Below the pieces are notes generated by a model, which worked only from the letters and a program-made list of their open reading frames with translations, was not told the DNA's origin and did no database searches. 64,000 nucleotides of DNA from Dudresnaya verticillata (taxonomy: Eukaryota), in assembly GCA_977862235.1 (NCBI GenBank), contig OZ374558.1:248001-312000 (forward strand), written 5' to 3'. Position numbers and translations under genes: made by a program. Position 1 is the first letter of the stretch. Each line of letters begins with the position of its first letter. Below, piece after piece: positions 36,279 to 47,899 of the stretch.

Positions 36279-36782
36279 GTGCCTACCGAACATCTAATGC
36301 AGGGTGCATTCGTCAATACAACCCCCATCAAGCCCCAGCTCATGCCGACATACGACCCTGTCGCATATCTCTCATTGCAGCTAAAGGAAGACGTTCATGC
36401 CGAGATGGAGCCAAATCCCACGCTTGAGAGAGACCTTGGCAGACAAAGGCGACGTGCAGAGCAAATAGGGGGCGATACAGGATACACGCCAAACGATGGC
36501 GCAATTCCAGCTTTGTCCGTTACGGCGACTCAGACGATTGCGACCGAGGGTACAGATAGGGTTCAGACAGCTGGAGCAGGGTCGGACGACCTCGGAGACA
36601 CGACGTCTACGAACGAGCGGGTGGGGCAAGGAGAGGCGGAGGCGAGTTCTTTCCTCGGGTCTGTGGTTGCGTTTGATGAGCACGAGGTGGTGGCATCGCT
36701 TAGCAGAAGAGTTGACCAGCCACCTCTAACTGTTGAGGAGGTTGTTCGAATCAATCTTGGTGGAAGGGCCGGGCGGGCGTGA
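36279..36782 (+). CDS. Unidentified acidic ORF
   Basis: 167-aa ORF, no motif recognised. Confidence 0.3.
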   Translation: MPTEHLMQGAFVNTTPIKPQLMPTYDPVAYLSLQLKEDVHAEMEPNPTLERDLGRQRRRAEQIGGDTGYTPNDGAIPALSVTATQTIATEGTDRVQTAGAGSDDLGDTTSTNERVGQGEAEASSFLGSVVAFDEHEVVASLSRRVDQPPLTVEEVVRINLGGRAGRA

Positions 36783-36866
36783 GAGCAATGTTGATGGAAA
36801 CGAGGATAAAGCGAAGGGGAAGTAAATCAGGGCTCTTCTGAAGCATGCTGCACCAAGGGGTTCAAG

Positions 36867-37259
36867 TCAAGCGATCCCCGGTATGCGGGTCGGAGTGCGG
36901 CGACGGTAATACTCATACGGCTTGCCGAAGAGACGAACGAGGTGATACTCCTCGACGGGGATGCGCTGGTGGAAGAACCTCCACGCGACAGAGGCGAAGG
37001 CGGCGGCGCAGACGGGGTTTCCGAGCAGCAGCTGCGTGCCAACCGCCCACACAAGCCATTCAAGATAGCCAGGGTGGCGGCAGAAGCGGTATACGCCGCG
37101 CGTGATGAGGCGATGGCCCGAGCGGTAGTGCGACTGAATGCGATGCGTGAAGTCGCGGCGCGCTGTGAGCCACGCAGACAGGCGGAGGGTCTGGCCGAAG
37201 AGCACTAGCACAGCGCCCGACGGGAGCAGCACGGCTTGCACGGACGCCTTGGGAGCCAA
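36867..37259 (-). pseudogene. ICMT: Captured C-terminal half of isoprenylcysteine carboxyl methyltransferase
   Basis: GQTLRL..FTHRI..HRLITRGVYRFCRHPGY..GTQLLLGNP..FF..RIPVEE..L..FG..YEYY: Ste14/ICMT signature; N-terminal half absent. Confidence 0.9.
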
Positions 37260-37378
37260 TATCGGAATGACCTACCGTCTGTCTGAAGCCCAGCTGAATA
37301 CTTTCGGACTAACGCTACAACTCAATGGTGCGGTCTCTATTGGGTAATTACTCAATGCAGGTATGCAATCATTGCGCA

Positions 37379-39616
37379 CTAGTTTTGGTGGAGACTCTCG
37401 CGAATCTTGTTATGTACATTGACGGGGATACGCGAAGTGCCCGTTAAGCCACTAAATTCCACAAGCACCGAGCCAGTTGGAATCTTCCCGATCCGTGGCG
37501 CTTGGTCATCTAAGATGGAAGGTTGATATCGCAGCCTATAGGCGTCATGCCGTTCTTGCTCAATTGCTTCGTACCAACATATCTGCAGCTGCACAGATTG
37601 TACCTTCCGGCCTCGTGTGCTCCGCAGCACGTCTTGAATCTTCGCAATGTAGAATGGGCATTCTGGAGTGCTGCCCTCATAGCGAACGGCAACGAAACTA
37701 TTGCGCGAGAATGGGACTTGTATGTCCTCCATTAAGTCTCTCTCGTTTTCGCCGGGAAGGAACTCTACCTCGTTCTCTTCCAGCCCTTCCCTTGATTATT
37801 TCCCATTGGTTTCCAAGACATCTTCTAGATTCCAGTGAAAGGGTTCCATTCTGTACCGATAGATGTCGTCCCGCAACTTCCGAAGCTCTTCAATCTTTTT
37901 TATGTCCTTTATCCGCGCTTCTTTAGAACGAATGCGGTCCCCGACTTCTTTCAAATCCGGGGGAGCACGGGCCCGAGTTGGAGGGGTTTTGAACAACTCA
38001 GGGGGAAACAAAATGAAACCCTTCTGCGCACTGTATGTGCGTAGGGGTTTCCATTCACCGTCGCACTGTATGCGAGCCTGGCACCCCGTCTTGAAACGAG
38101 CATTAACTCCTTCCGGCTCTCCTGCCACCCTAAAGAACCGAAAGAACCTGTAATGTGAAAAGGTTTCAACCTTCCCTACACACTTAGAATCCTGACAAAG
38201 ACCTGAGAAGTTTGGAATGTGCAGTATTCTTGCAACATGCGGCTCCGGCTGGTAGGATTTGCTCAGCTCCTCTATCATTTCATCCATAGTGATGTCATCT
38301 CTTGTATCCAACCTCCTTAAGGTACAACTGAAAGTCTGATCAATATCAGAATGAGTGTGTCCTATCGGCAGAAATGAGGCTTGTGCCTCTTGAAAAACGC
38401 CCCACGCTAGTAGACTTTCCAGGTAGGAGAACATGAACCTGTTCTTGTTCTCCCTGGTACAGTTGTCCATCTGCAGCAGAAGCGTTGGTTGCAGATTCCC
38501 ACTTGCCTTCCTGAGGCTGAGCGATTGGTGTATTGCCTCTATTACATGATTGGCACCGGATTCGTACTCCGCTGTCATGACGAAAAGGCACAACCTATTC
38601 TTCGGTCCGTGTTCCAGAACCCCTATAAGTTTCACCTTGATTGCGTGACCTACTGTAGCTTTCGTATTCACAGCAAAGTGCGGCAGTCCGAACGCAGACT
38701 GGTCTGCGCCGTCTACCACAATCTAACAATACTCTTCAGGAAACATTACAGCTTTTTCCGAAGTCTTCTTGTAATGCACCCGCTCCTTCCAGACCATGGA
38801 CAGATGCTGGTGCCTGCGCATCCTAAACGGCCTCCCCGCCCGCTTGCCGGTTCCCGCCTTGGCAAGTCCATCGCGAATCTCCTCACATTCTGTGCACTTC
38901 GTAAAGCGACATACTTTTCGGACCTTAATTTGGGAACAGTATGCCTTCCACGTAGCGTAAAAGTAGCTCGCGCTTGCAGGTGTCTCACCACTATACAAAA
39001 GGCACTGGTCTGTTGTGAATTGCTCGTACACAGTCTTCCTGTCAAAGTATGGCAGATGCAATTCGGCTCTGTCCGGCATATGGTCTGCAGTAGCTTCAGC
39101 AATCCTCTCGAGGTACGAAACGATTCTGTCCCGTTGTTCAGAATTTGCGTCTCGCGGAGTCGCAGCGGAGAGGGACAACAAGCCGCCAAACGTCTTGACA
39201 GACGTTTGAAAATCCCGTGAAAACCCGAATGCTTTCTCTAAGAAATTGTAGCACACCAGAGCACCATTAAACCGGTAAAACCTGTCAGGCTGGAGCAGGC
39301 GGAATAGATAGTCCCTTCTTTCGTTCTTTTCCATCATCAGAACACGACGAGCTTCGGCCTTGAGGTAAACCTGCTCACAGGCCTGGAAACATTTCTTTGT
39401 AGAACAGCACTTCTTGCGCTCCCAATCCTCCGTGTCTATCCTCTCTAGTGCAGCCGTACGCCTTATCATAAAGGCAGTCTCGCCCTTCTTGGGCCTCTTA
39501 CTAACACGTGAACGATAACGATAAACTCGCTTCTTAACGGCACCAATGCCCCTCGTACCGTTTCCTCTACGCTCCTCAGAACCAACACGATCAGCCTCCG
39601 CTCTCTGCGTCCTCAC
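37379..39616 (-). pseudogene. Sola-like DDD transposase (single frame, stops at 38723 and 37796)
   Basis: LHLPY, FTKCTEC, VDGADQ..LPHF, QMDNCTRENKN, FLPIGHTHSDIDQTFS; C-terminal PFYIAKI..ICWY module. Confidence 0.88.
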
Positions 39617-40749
39617 CTCGGTTTAGGTCAGAGAGCATTTCTGTTCCATCTGCCACCTCGTCGGCAGGTGCTGCCACTTCATCAGCAGGTTCTGTCTGTG
39701 CGCCACCCCGAGTGAAAAGGTCGATAGTGGATTCCGAACCCTCACCTTCTTCGCGACGGTCTTTCCCCTCGCTTGCTGCCACCACCGCCCCCTCCACGTC
39801 ATCTTCCTCAGCTTCCTGTTCTGCTCCTGCTATCTGGTCTGCATCCTGGTCTGGCCCTGCTTCGTGGTCTGGCCCTGCTTCGTGGGCTGGCCCTAGTTCT
39901 CCTACGGTCCCTGGTTCCGCTTCGGCCATACCGTTGTCGTCTTCAGTGATCCCCTTCTTCTCGTTTTGAATAATGCGGTTTTGCTGGCTTTTGAGGGCGT
40001 GGTCGTAACGGCGGCTTTTTCACCGAGGTGTACTGCAGGGGAGATTCCATATCTATATCATCTTCAAGCACAATGTCACACCTTTCCCCGGGTGACATGA
40101 ATGGGTCCGGATCCTGCACGACTGTCTCCCGACCTCCGGCATCTGCTGCTACAGGCGTGCGAGGAGGGGTGTTAGGAGGTCTTGGGCTGCGAATGGTGCC
40201 CTTACGTTGGCCCGGTGTATGCACAGTACCGGAATCAGGGCATTCCTCCCGGTCCCTTTCAAGTAGCATTGCCTCTCCAGGGTTCATCTCTGGCCCAGAC
40301 TCCATCGCCTCCTTCAGATACACAGCCATCATATCCTCCAACTGGTACAAATCCCAACAGTGCTCACCTTTATCCATTTTTTGTAGCATCTTGGGAACCG
40401 CCCTGTCAGATAAGTACTGAAATGGGTTGGGGAGGCGCTCTGCTCCGGGTAGGTAGTGCAATCGGTGGCTCGCTACCCATACCTCCCCGGGGCGTTGCTG
40501 CTTACTGAGAAAATGGCCGCCAAGGACTGTGCAGAAACGACCGCTTGGGTCCTCCGTCCCGGGCGGTGGCAGCAAGAGAGTGGCACAAGCCACATGCTGT
40601 CCTCCGAGAGTTAGCGAGACGCGCGCACCCGGCTTGACATGGGGTTGAGTAATACTTACCTCCGCGGATGCGGGGCGACCTGAGGCTTCTTCCATAGCGT
40701 CAAAACGAGGCAGTAGGGGCTGGTCCGGCGATGCCTGGGAGGGGGGCAA
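39591..40749 (-). pseudogene. Upstream ORFs of the transposase locus, including a Tnp1/Transposase_23-like small domain
   Basis: GARVSLTLGGQHVA..LGGHFLSKQQRPGEVWV..LPNPFQY..HCWDLYQL parallels 32392-32706. Confidence 0.55.
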
Positions 40750-42179
40750 TCAGGAGAGCTCGGAGGAGGTCGCCGCGAGGGTAAAGGTGCAGTGCAGTCA
40801 CCCATCGTTGGGAGGCATGTCTTAAATAGGCGAGGTTTGCGATTATCGGCAAGACTCAGGGTTCCAATTACTGGGTCAGGAACGAACTACCGCACAGTAC
40901 AGATACTTGGTATCGCATTCTGCACAGATTCTGTGGTGCGTAGCGAACCGCCTTCCAGAACGACTGGTATCGCAAAAAATCATTCTTACAAACGCGAAGT
41001 GATGCGCCAATGGCAGGCAGCGCAGAGGATAGGAGGAGTACCCCCGGCCTTAATACTCGTCAGGGTATAACCTGGTCTAAAGGCCCGGCGTGCCTGTCCA
41101 GGCTTCACAACAACTCTGCGTCGGCGTGCGTGCATCGCTGCACAATTTGGTGGCAGGTGCGCGTGCCCATCCAATTTGATCCCGAAGGCCAAATCGTGTG
41201 ACCATGTTGTTCTGCTCGGTTCTGTTAAGTGCAGATGCGGCGAAAAAGGGTATTGTGAATCCAAGTACGGTCACGGTTGAGATTGTTAAAAAGCGTGTCA
41301 TGGATATGACTAGAGAGTAAGGAAACGTTACCATCGCGATTCTTCTACAGAATCGCAGCGCAAAGATTGCCGCCGAAACGGTGATGTGAGAGACCCTGCC
41401 TCTGTTCATCAGTCGCTTGAAGAGCTTCTGGAAGGAGCTCCTTTCCCAGCGGGGCGCGAGGTGTAAATGGGGCATGTATTGTGTCCTTGTGAAGAATATA
41501 CAGATGTTACAGAAGAGAAATACTCGTTCCCAGCTCCTGCATACACGCTTGTAACAACCGCAGATGGCATAGTCATTGGATACGTTAAGGCGGAACAGTC
41601 ATTACTAATTCGCAAGTTCACCTGTCGCAAATGGGAAAAACTGGATGTACCTATTGTTTCAAGTAATAGTCACTTCGTTGTTTGCGAAGCACAAAACTGG
41701 CTCTCACGCAGCAGCAAAGCACGAAACAGATACACGTTCGCGCAGTATGCGTGCCACGCGCCCATCGAAGCACGCATACCCCGTTCGCGGACGTGCACCT
41801 CGAAGCACACATACGCTACTCACTAGCAAATACACATTACCACTTGGGAATATGAAAGACTCCCATGCCCCTCGTTGTTGCCTAGTTAGCAACCGCCTGA
41901 ATGGCCGTACCGCGAGACGTCATTCAGCTCTTTGCATTCATAACTAAACTGCATAATGGCGCTTCTGAAGAATATAGCATAAAGTTGTATCCAAGGCGGC
42001 CGTGCTAGCATCGATGCTGGATCCAGCGTCTCACAAGCCACGGGAAGAGTGTGCGATGCAGCGAGTAGGAGGGCCGGGTAGGAGCGGCTGGCAGGGGCGA
42101 GATCAGTGGTGTGGCGAGTGCGCTGGCGGCCCTGGGGGCAAGCTGGAGCGACAAGCAGACGCACGGAAATCAGGTCGGC

Positions 42180-42507
42180 GAGCAGGAGCGGCGGTTAGGA
42201 GCGGCTGGCAGGGGCGAAAGTAGTGGTGCGGCGAGTGCGATGGCGGCCCTGGGCGAGAGCAGGGCGAGGGAAAATCTAGTTAAATTTTTTTTGCAGAAAT
42301 TGGGAAAAGTGTGAAACGTTCGGAAACGTTTGGGGGGTGTACAGACTGTGTTTAGTGCGCCGTAACTTCTGAACTAGTTACGCTACAGACAAACGGATTC
42401 CACCGTTGTTCTCAGCGCACGCTCCTAGCTCCATAGAGCTAAAGGAACCGGGGTACAATTTGGTACTGTTTTGCGAAGTTGATTCTGAATATCTCGAAAG
42501 TAGTGTT
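42180..42507 (-). repeat. Right TIR
   Basis: Ends ...ATCTCGAAAGTAGTGTT followed by CATA. Confidence 0.93.
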
Positions 42508-42720
42508 CATACTCAGCTTCCCCGGGGAAATTGCGTGTCCGAGATAGTCGACTCATTTTCGGAAAAGGAAACACTTCTTCATCTTGGGTACAATTTGGTA
42601 CTGTTTTGCGAAGTTGATTCTGAATATCTCGAAAGTAGTGTTCATACTCAGCTTCCCCGGGGAAATTGCGTGTCCGAGATAGTCGACTCATTTTCGGAAA
42701 AGGAAACACTTCTTCATCTT
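42451..42720. repeat. 135-bp tandem duplication spanning the transposon right junction
   Basis: 42451-42585 repeated at 42586-42720, GGG microhomology. Confidence 0.95.
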
Positions 42721-45700
42721 GGGCGAAACCCCGTAGTTACGAAGTAGTGTGAGGACGTGATCGAGACGTGATGTGTTCACGAAGATTCACGGAGAAAACG
42801 ATCACGTGATCGAGGTAAACGAGACAGAACTGCCAACTGACTCCGGATAGAATGATCTCAAGTGCACGTTGAAACGTATCGGGCGCGTGTTTCAAACGGA
42901 AGGGCATAGGAAGGTAACGATAAGTTCCGAGAAACGAAGCAAACTGACTTGTCGCGGTCTTCCGGGGCAACCGGAATCTGCCAGTACCCTCTGTTATAAT
43001 TTAGAGTCGAGAAAATAGACGCGTGTCCCAGTGAATCGATACAATTTTCCATCCGGGAAGCGGGTACGCGTCGGATACTGTCTTCGTATTGCGTCTTCGG
43101 TAATCTACGCAAAAACGAAGTGTTCCGTCTTTCTTCGGTGCGAGGACTACGGGGGACGCCCACTCGGAGGTAGCTGGTTCGATTACTCCGGCTTCGAGCA
43201 TACTGTCGATTTCGTTACGGACGATTTCGCGTATTGCCGGCCCTTGACGGTAGGGCATCGAGCGATCTCTACAAACCGGGACTCGACCTATTGGAATAGG
43301 TCGAGTCCCGGGTTGTATATCGATCCGATGCTCCGTGGCTGAGATCGTTCCGAGGTCTCCGTTCCACATCGATTCATGCTTACGTAGCATCTCGAGGACC
43401 TCGTTTCGCGTTTCGTCGGGTATGTTCGAAAGGTCTACGGGTTCTTCCCAATCGCGGGAACTCAAATTGGCTTCGGCTGCTGCAGTCTCGGCGCCCTTCG
43501 TGAGCGGTTTTCCCTTCGTGGATACGGATTCTTCGGGTGACTTCGAGTCGTCGTGCTCACTTAGCGTAGAGATGTTGAGCACGTTCGCAAACGAATCCGC
43601 GACTTCGAGATCGGGTGTCAAAATCGCGAGCGGGTTTCGAGCTGCGTATCCGATGACGGTTCCCTTCGGTAGAGCTGGAGGCTTATCTGTGAAGTTCGCC
43701 ATCAACACCGAAAGCTCGCGATTCGAACTGACTTCGTGTATCCCGTTCGTTAACCGTACCCCGTGTCGGTGATTTAACGAAGGTTTCGGTTCGATATAAA
43801 TTAGCCCGAGTGCTTCCGAGGTTACGGTGACTAGCTTCTGCGAATAACTCGGTATTGCGACGCGACGGTTCAAACGAATAGTGCGGGTGTCTCGGTCCCA
43901 ATCGTGGAGCTCGCGTTGATGTCGCTTTGATAGCTTTTTCTCGAATTTCTGCTTCGGATTTTTCGAATTAGTTGCGGGCGGAGCCGATCCAGCAAAGCGA
44001 TTGATAATCGGAATCGTGCTTCCATTCTTCGTGATGAGCCTCCGTGGGCTGAGCTCGATGCTTCGTAAATGCGCGTCCATCCACGAAGGTCCAAAGAGAA
44101 CATCGACTGCAAGCTTTTCCGCAACCACGAAGGGTACGCGGTATCGAACGTTCCCAAAGCGGACTATCAGGTACACGATACCATGGAGTCGCAACGGGGG
44201 GCGATCAGCAGATGCGAGCCTCGGAACTGATTCCATCGTGGATGCGTTTGCTTCCCAACCGATGGGTAACGCAGACCGGGCTATTAGATTGTAACCGGAA
44301 CACATATCGACTGCAATCGTATTTGGCGTCATTACGGAGGCATCTTGGCCAATGGATCCGATCACGAGGAAGATCTCCGAAGTCATCAAGCAAACGTATC
44401 CCTCGGTGGTAACTTAGGGTTCGATATTCGAGATCGATATCTTCTTCGAAGCGTTTTTGCGCGAAGCGGCTTTCGCGAGGACTCGACATCGCTTTCGATC
44501 TCGTCTTCGTGCAGCGCGCTTCCTTCTCATCGCAGCGGCTCTCGGAATCGGAAGATGTAGAATGTCTCTGGGAACGGATTCAGACGAAGTACCTGACACG
44601 AACGATTTACTCGTTTCCCGAACTCGAACTAGAATCCGAATTACGAGGATCCGCGTCCAAAGGGGTGGTTGATCGCTCACCTTTTCCGTTATTCGCGGAG
44701 TCTTGATAAGCCTCCGAGGGCGGGTTCAGGTGACTCGGCTCAATCGCGTCAACGTTTTCACGGACTGCGAGAACCGGTTGGCGGCCCGGAGCCTGCGCGT
44801 GCCTCTGATTGCGGAGGACGGTCGGCGGTGCTCGACCTCGACTGACTTGAGGCTGGGCTCGGTCCCTCGGGTAGCGCGTATCGCCTTGACGAAGGTCTCG
44901 GTTTACGCGATTGTCACGCGGTCCTCCGGAGTCCTGTCCACGGTGACCTCGATTGTCAACGGACGCGAACGAATTCCCTCTTGCAGCACCGCGATTCACG
45001 AAGTTATTACGCGTATACGCTCTCGTCTCGAGTTGATAGAGACAGTTCTGATACGCGCAGTAGAGTTGTTTCTCCTTCGTGAGATACGGACACGAATACA
45101 TCAGGTCACCGATTTCGTGACAGAAGCAACACGGGCACGCATCCTGGTTCGTCGGGATCATCTAACGCGCCATCTCGATTTGCTCCGGGGTCATCGGGGG
45201 GACACGCGCGGATACGAAACGCTCTATGCGACTCGTGAGATCTAACGTATCGTCCACGGAGACCGTTGTCGAAGTAGTCGGTGTAGCGGATGTGGACCCG
45301 GGTCCTGAATGAATCATCATCACGGCCATTTGCGGGTCTTCGTTCATCGGGTACTCGAATTCACTTCCGGGAGTATCGTAAGATTCGATGAGCATCGTAC
45401 GTCCGGGCGCTTGACGACTCTTCGGGTACGTACCAAACGCTCAGTTCTTCGAATCACGTGACTGCTGGGCCGCGGTGCCACGTTGTTCACGAGCTCGGAA
45501 TGTCGTGCCTTCGGCTTGCGCGATTCGTTGTACGCTCATGAAGTTCTGTTCCTCGGACAACGGCAAACAGCGAACCTGGACGGCCACAATAGGATACGAA
45601 GTAGGTAGTAGTCCACGAATAAATTGGGGCGTTAACGAAGAGTCATCGTAGACACCGGAGCAGACATCCGCCTAGCCTTGCAGACGAGTCGCGAATACCA

Positions 45701-46850
45701 TCTCGGTTTCTTCGGACTTCTGCTTCGCGGTCGTACGCGATCGTGTGCGTCCGAGATTACGTCTTCCGTGATAAATCGTTGAAGCAATACGTTCAATATA
45801 GCGGACTAGCAAACCGGGTTGCCAGTACGAACGCCTCCGAAGGCATAGTGTTGATACAACTTGAGCGCGGTCTCGTCGAGGAACCACGAAACCGTCCGAA
45901 CTGCTGCTCCTTCGGTGATCCAGACTCCGTTCAGCAATTGTCCAATATCACGAAGAAATGCGAGAATCTTAATCGGATCGCGTCCCGTAAACTTCTCGAT
46001 TCTCGGCATCATCGAACGCATGCGCGAAACGGTTTTCGACGTGTTACCTCGGAATACTTCGTGTTGGTTATCCCGAGGTGACGAATTCGTGAGTCGATAC
46101 GATCGATAGATTACGGCCCTCGCGAATTCGGGAATGAGCGTCGGTATCGGTTCGACGCCCGGCTCGAGCGGTCCCCAGTGCCAGAACGATGACATGGGTC
46201 CCACTAGCGATAACGGATTTTCGATTACAGCTCCCCCGGGGGACATCGGTGGTTGAAGTGAATCTTGGAAGACTGCGGGGTTGATACGGGGGTTGTCGGA
46301 GGCCTCGGTTGCCTGATGCGATGAAGGGCGCGGAAACTGATTCGGATACGTGTTTTCGGTAACATAATTTGGGCACCCGGGCCTTGCACGGGTTGAACTA
46401 GTCGCGAATTGCGTGGGTCAGGACGGACATCTGGACGATCTTCGCGCCTTGGAGTCCTTTCCTTCGGTAATGCGGCGGACAAGATGTCACGAATAACGTT
46501 CAATTGTTCCTCCGTGAACGCGTGCGAGCAGCGAGCGGGAAGCGAGTGACTCGCCTTGCCCACGGGGGCGGTTGCATTGCGCGCGAGCACGAGGAAACGG
46601 TTGCCGACTCCCGAGACGAGATCCCGGAGACTCTCGAGTGAGTCTTCGATCCTACGGACCTTGCCAGCACGGAGATTTTCGAACTCTGCGTGAACTCGAT
46701 TATGCGTATTACGAATTGAAAGCTGCGTGATACGGTACGCAGTGGACAGCGCGTCGATGACCTCTTCGCAGAGAAAACGTAGCTCGGCATCGGAGACTTC
46801 CTTCATCGAGAAAAGTAGATCGACGGTATCCGACGGAACGATTTCCAACG
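42508..46850 (-). mobile_element. Degenerate Ty3/Gypsy gag-PR-RT, interrupted by the Sola-like element
   Basis: Gag fragments, CFCHEIG..C knuckle, VDMCSGYNLI protease, EWASPVVLAPKKDGTLRFCVDYR, GYWQIP, YLDH, DYLGH. Confidence 0.92.
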
Positions 46851-47722
46851 GAGTGTACGTATACGAAAGGTCGGAATGGCTACCGTGAGACTGCTATCGC
46901 GAGTCCGCGCGAAGATCGGGTTCCCTCATACATGAAGCGCGAGCGCGAGAAAACTGTTCTCGGTCACTCGCGTTCGAGTCGAACAACGGGAGCTTCGGAA
47001 TCGATACGTCATCGGGTTTCGGTACCCGCGAATCGGGACGAATCGGAGCGCGAGACATCGTGTCTCGGATAACAACGAATTACGAATAGATGCGAAACTT
47101 CGGAACTACGTTCTAGGTCGGGAGACCGGTGTGGTGTGGTATAAAGAATGTCCACGGAGACGCAGGGAAGTCTCGCACTGTAAGGAATGGCCTCGAAGCC
47201 TAACGTGCGGCCTCGTAGCCTAAAGGAGAAAGAAAAGGGGTGGTAGCATGGTAGAGCGGAGTGACCAACTCGAAGGACCGCGGTGTCAACGTATTCGTGC
47301 GCGGAAGGGAGAACTCGAGCGATCAATCACCGGGGATGACTTCGGGTGCGCGGGGCTATCGAAAGCGAGGCTCGACCGTATCCACGGTCACGAAGACGAA
47401 GACAACGAACTCGAAGAAACAGGCGTTTACCGAAGACTCCGAGGTCGGGGCGCTAGTCGCTTACACGAAACCCTCGGAAGTCGTGCCAGACGACTGGCTA
47501 AGTACTACTACGTGAGCACGAATGCATGTCAACGCGGGAGACGGTTCGCACGCGAATGATTCGTAACGGCCTCGGTCCAGCGAACGGTCGTCTCACGTAT
47601 GGCGGCGGTTACGAAGTGCGCCAGCGATGCATACGGAGGTGCACGCGCGTCGTGGGCCTCGGAGCCGTTACGCGCAGGAAACAACGGGAAAACACGAAGG
47701 TGTCACCGATTTCGTATCGGGT

Positions 47723-47880
47723 GCGCACTGTAATGCGAATTGCCATCGTGGTGCGCGCGATCACGAAGTCAGCACGGAATTAGTGCGGAGGTGTCAGCGA
47801 TTTCGTATCGCGTGCGCACTGTAATGCGAATGCCATCGTGGCGGCCGCACAGCGCACTGTAATCCGTTTGCCATCGTGGC
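47723..47880 (+). repeat. Three copies of GCGCACTGTAAT..TGCCATCGTGG
   Basis: Direct reading at ~47723, ~47814, ~47852. Confidence 0.7.
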
Positions 47881-47899
47881 ATGCGCATTCACGGAGTCA

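Larger units (their letters stand above)
22847..42507 (-). mobile_element. Giant (~19.7 kb) Sola-like DNA transposon with cargo
   Basis: TIRs AACACTACTTTCGAGATATTCAG... at both ends; CATA TSD (22843-22846/42508-42511); splits a Gypsy RT frame; contains a DDD transposase. Confidence 0.9.

Noticed and set aside
22849..42505. CACTA/EnSpm classification from CACTAC...GTAGTG
   Set aside because: The TIRs extend by AA/TT, giving a clean 4-bp TSD that restores the Gypsy frame, and the transposase motifs are not En/Spm TnpD-type.
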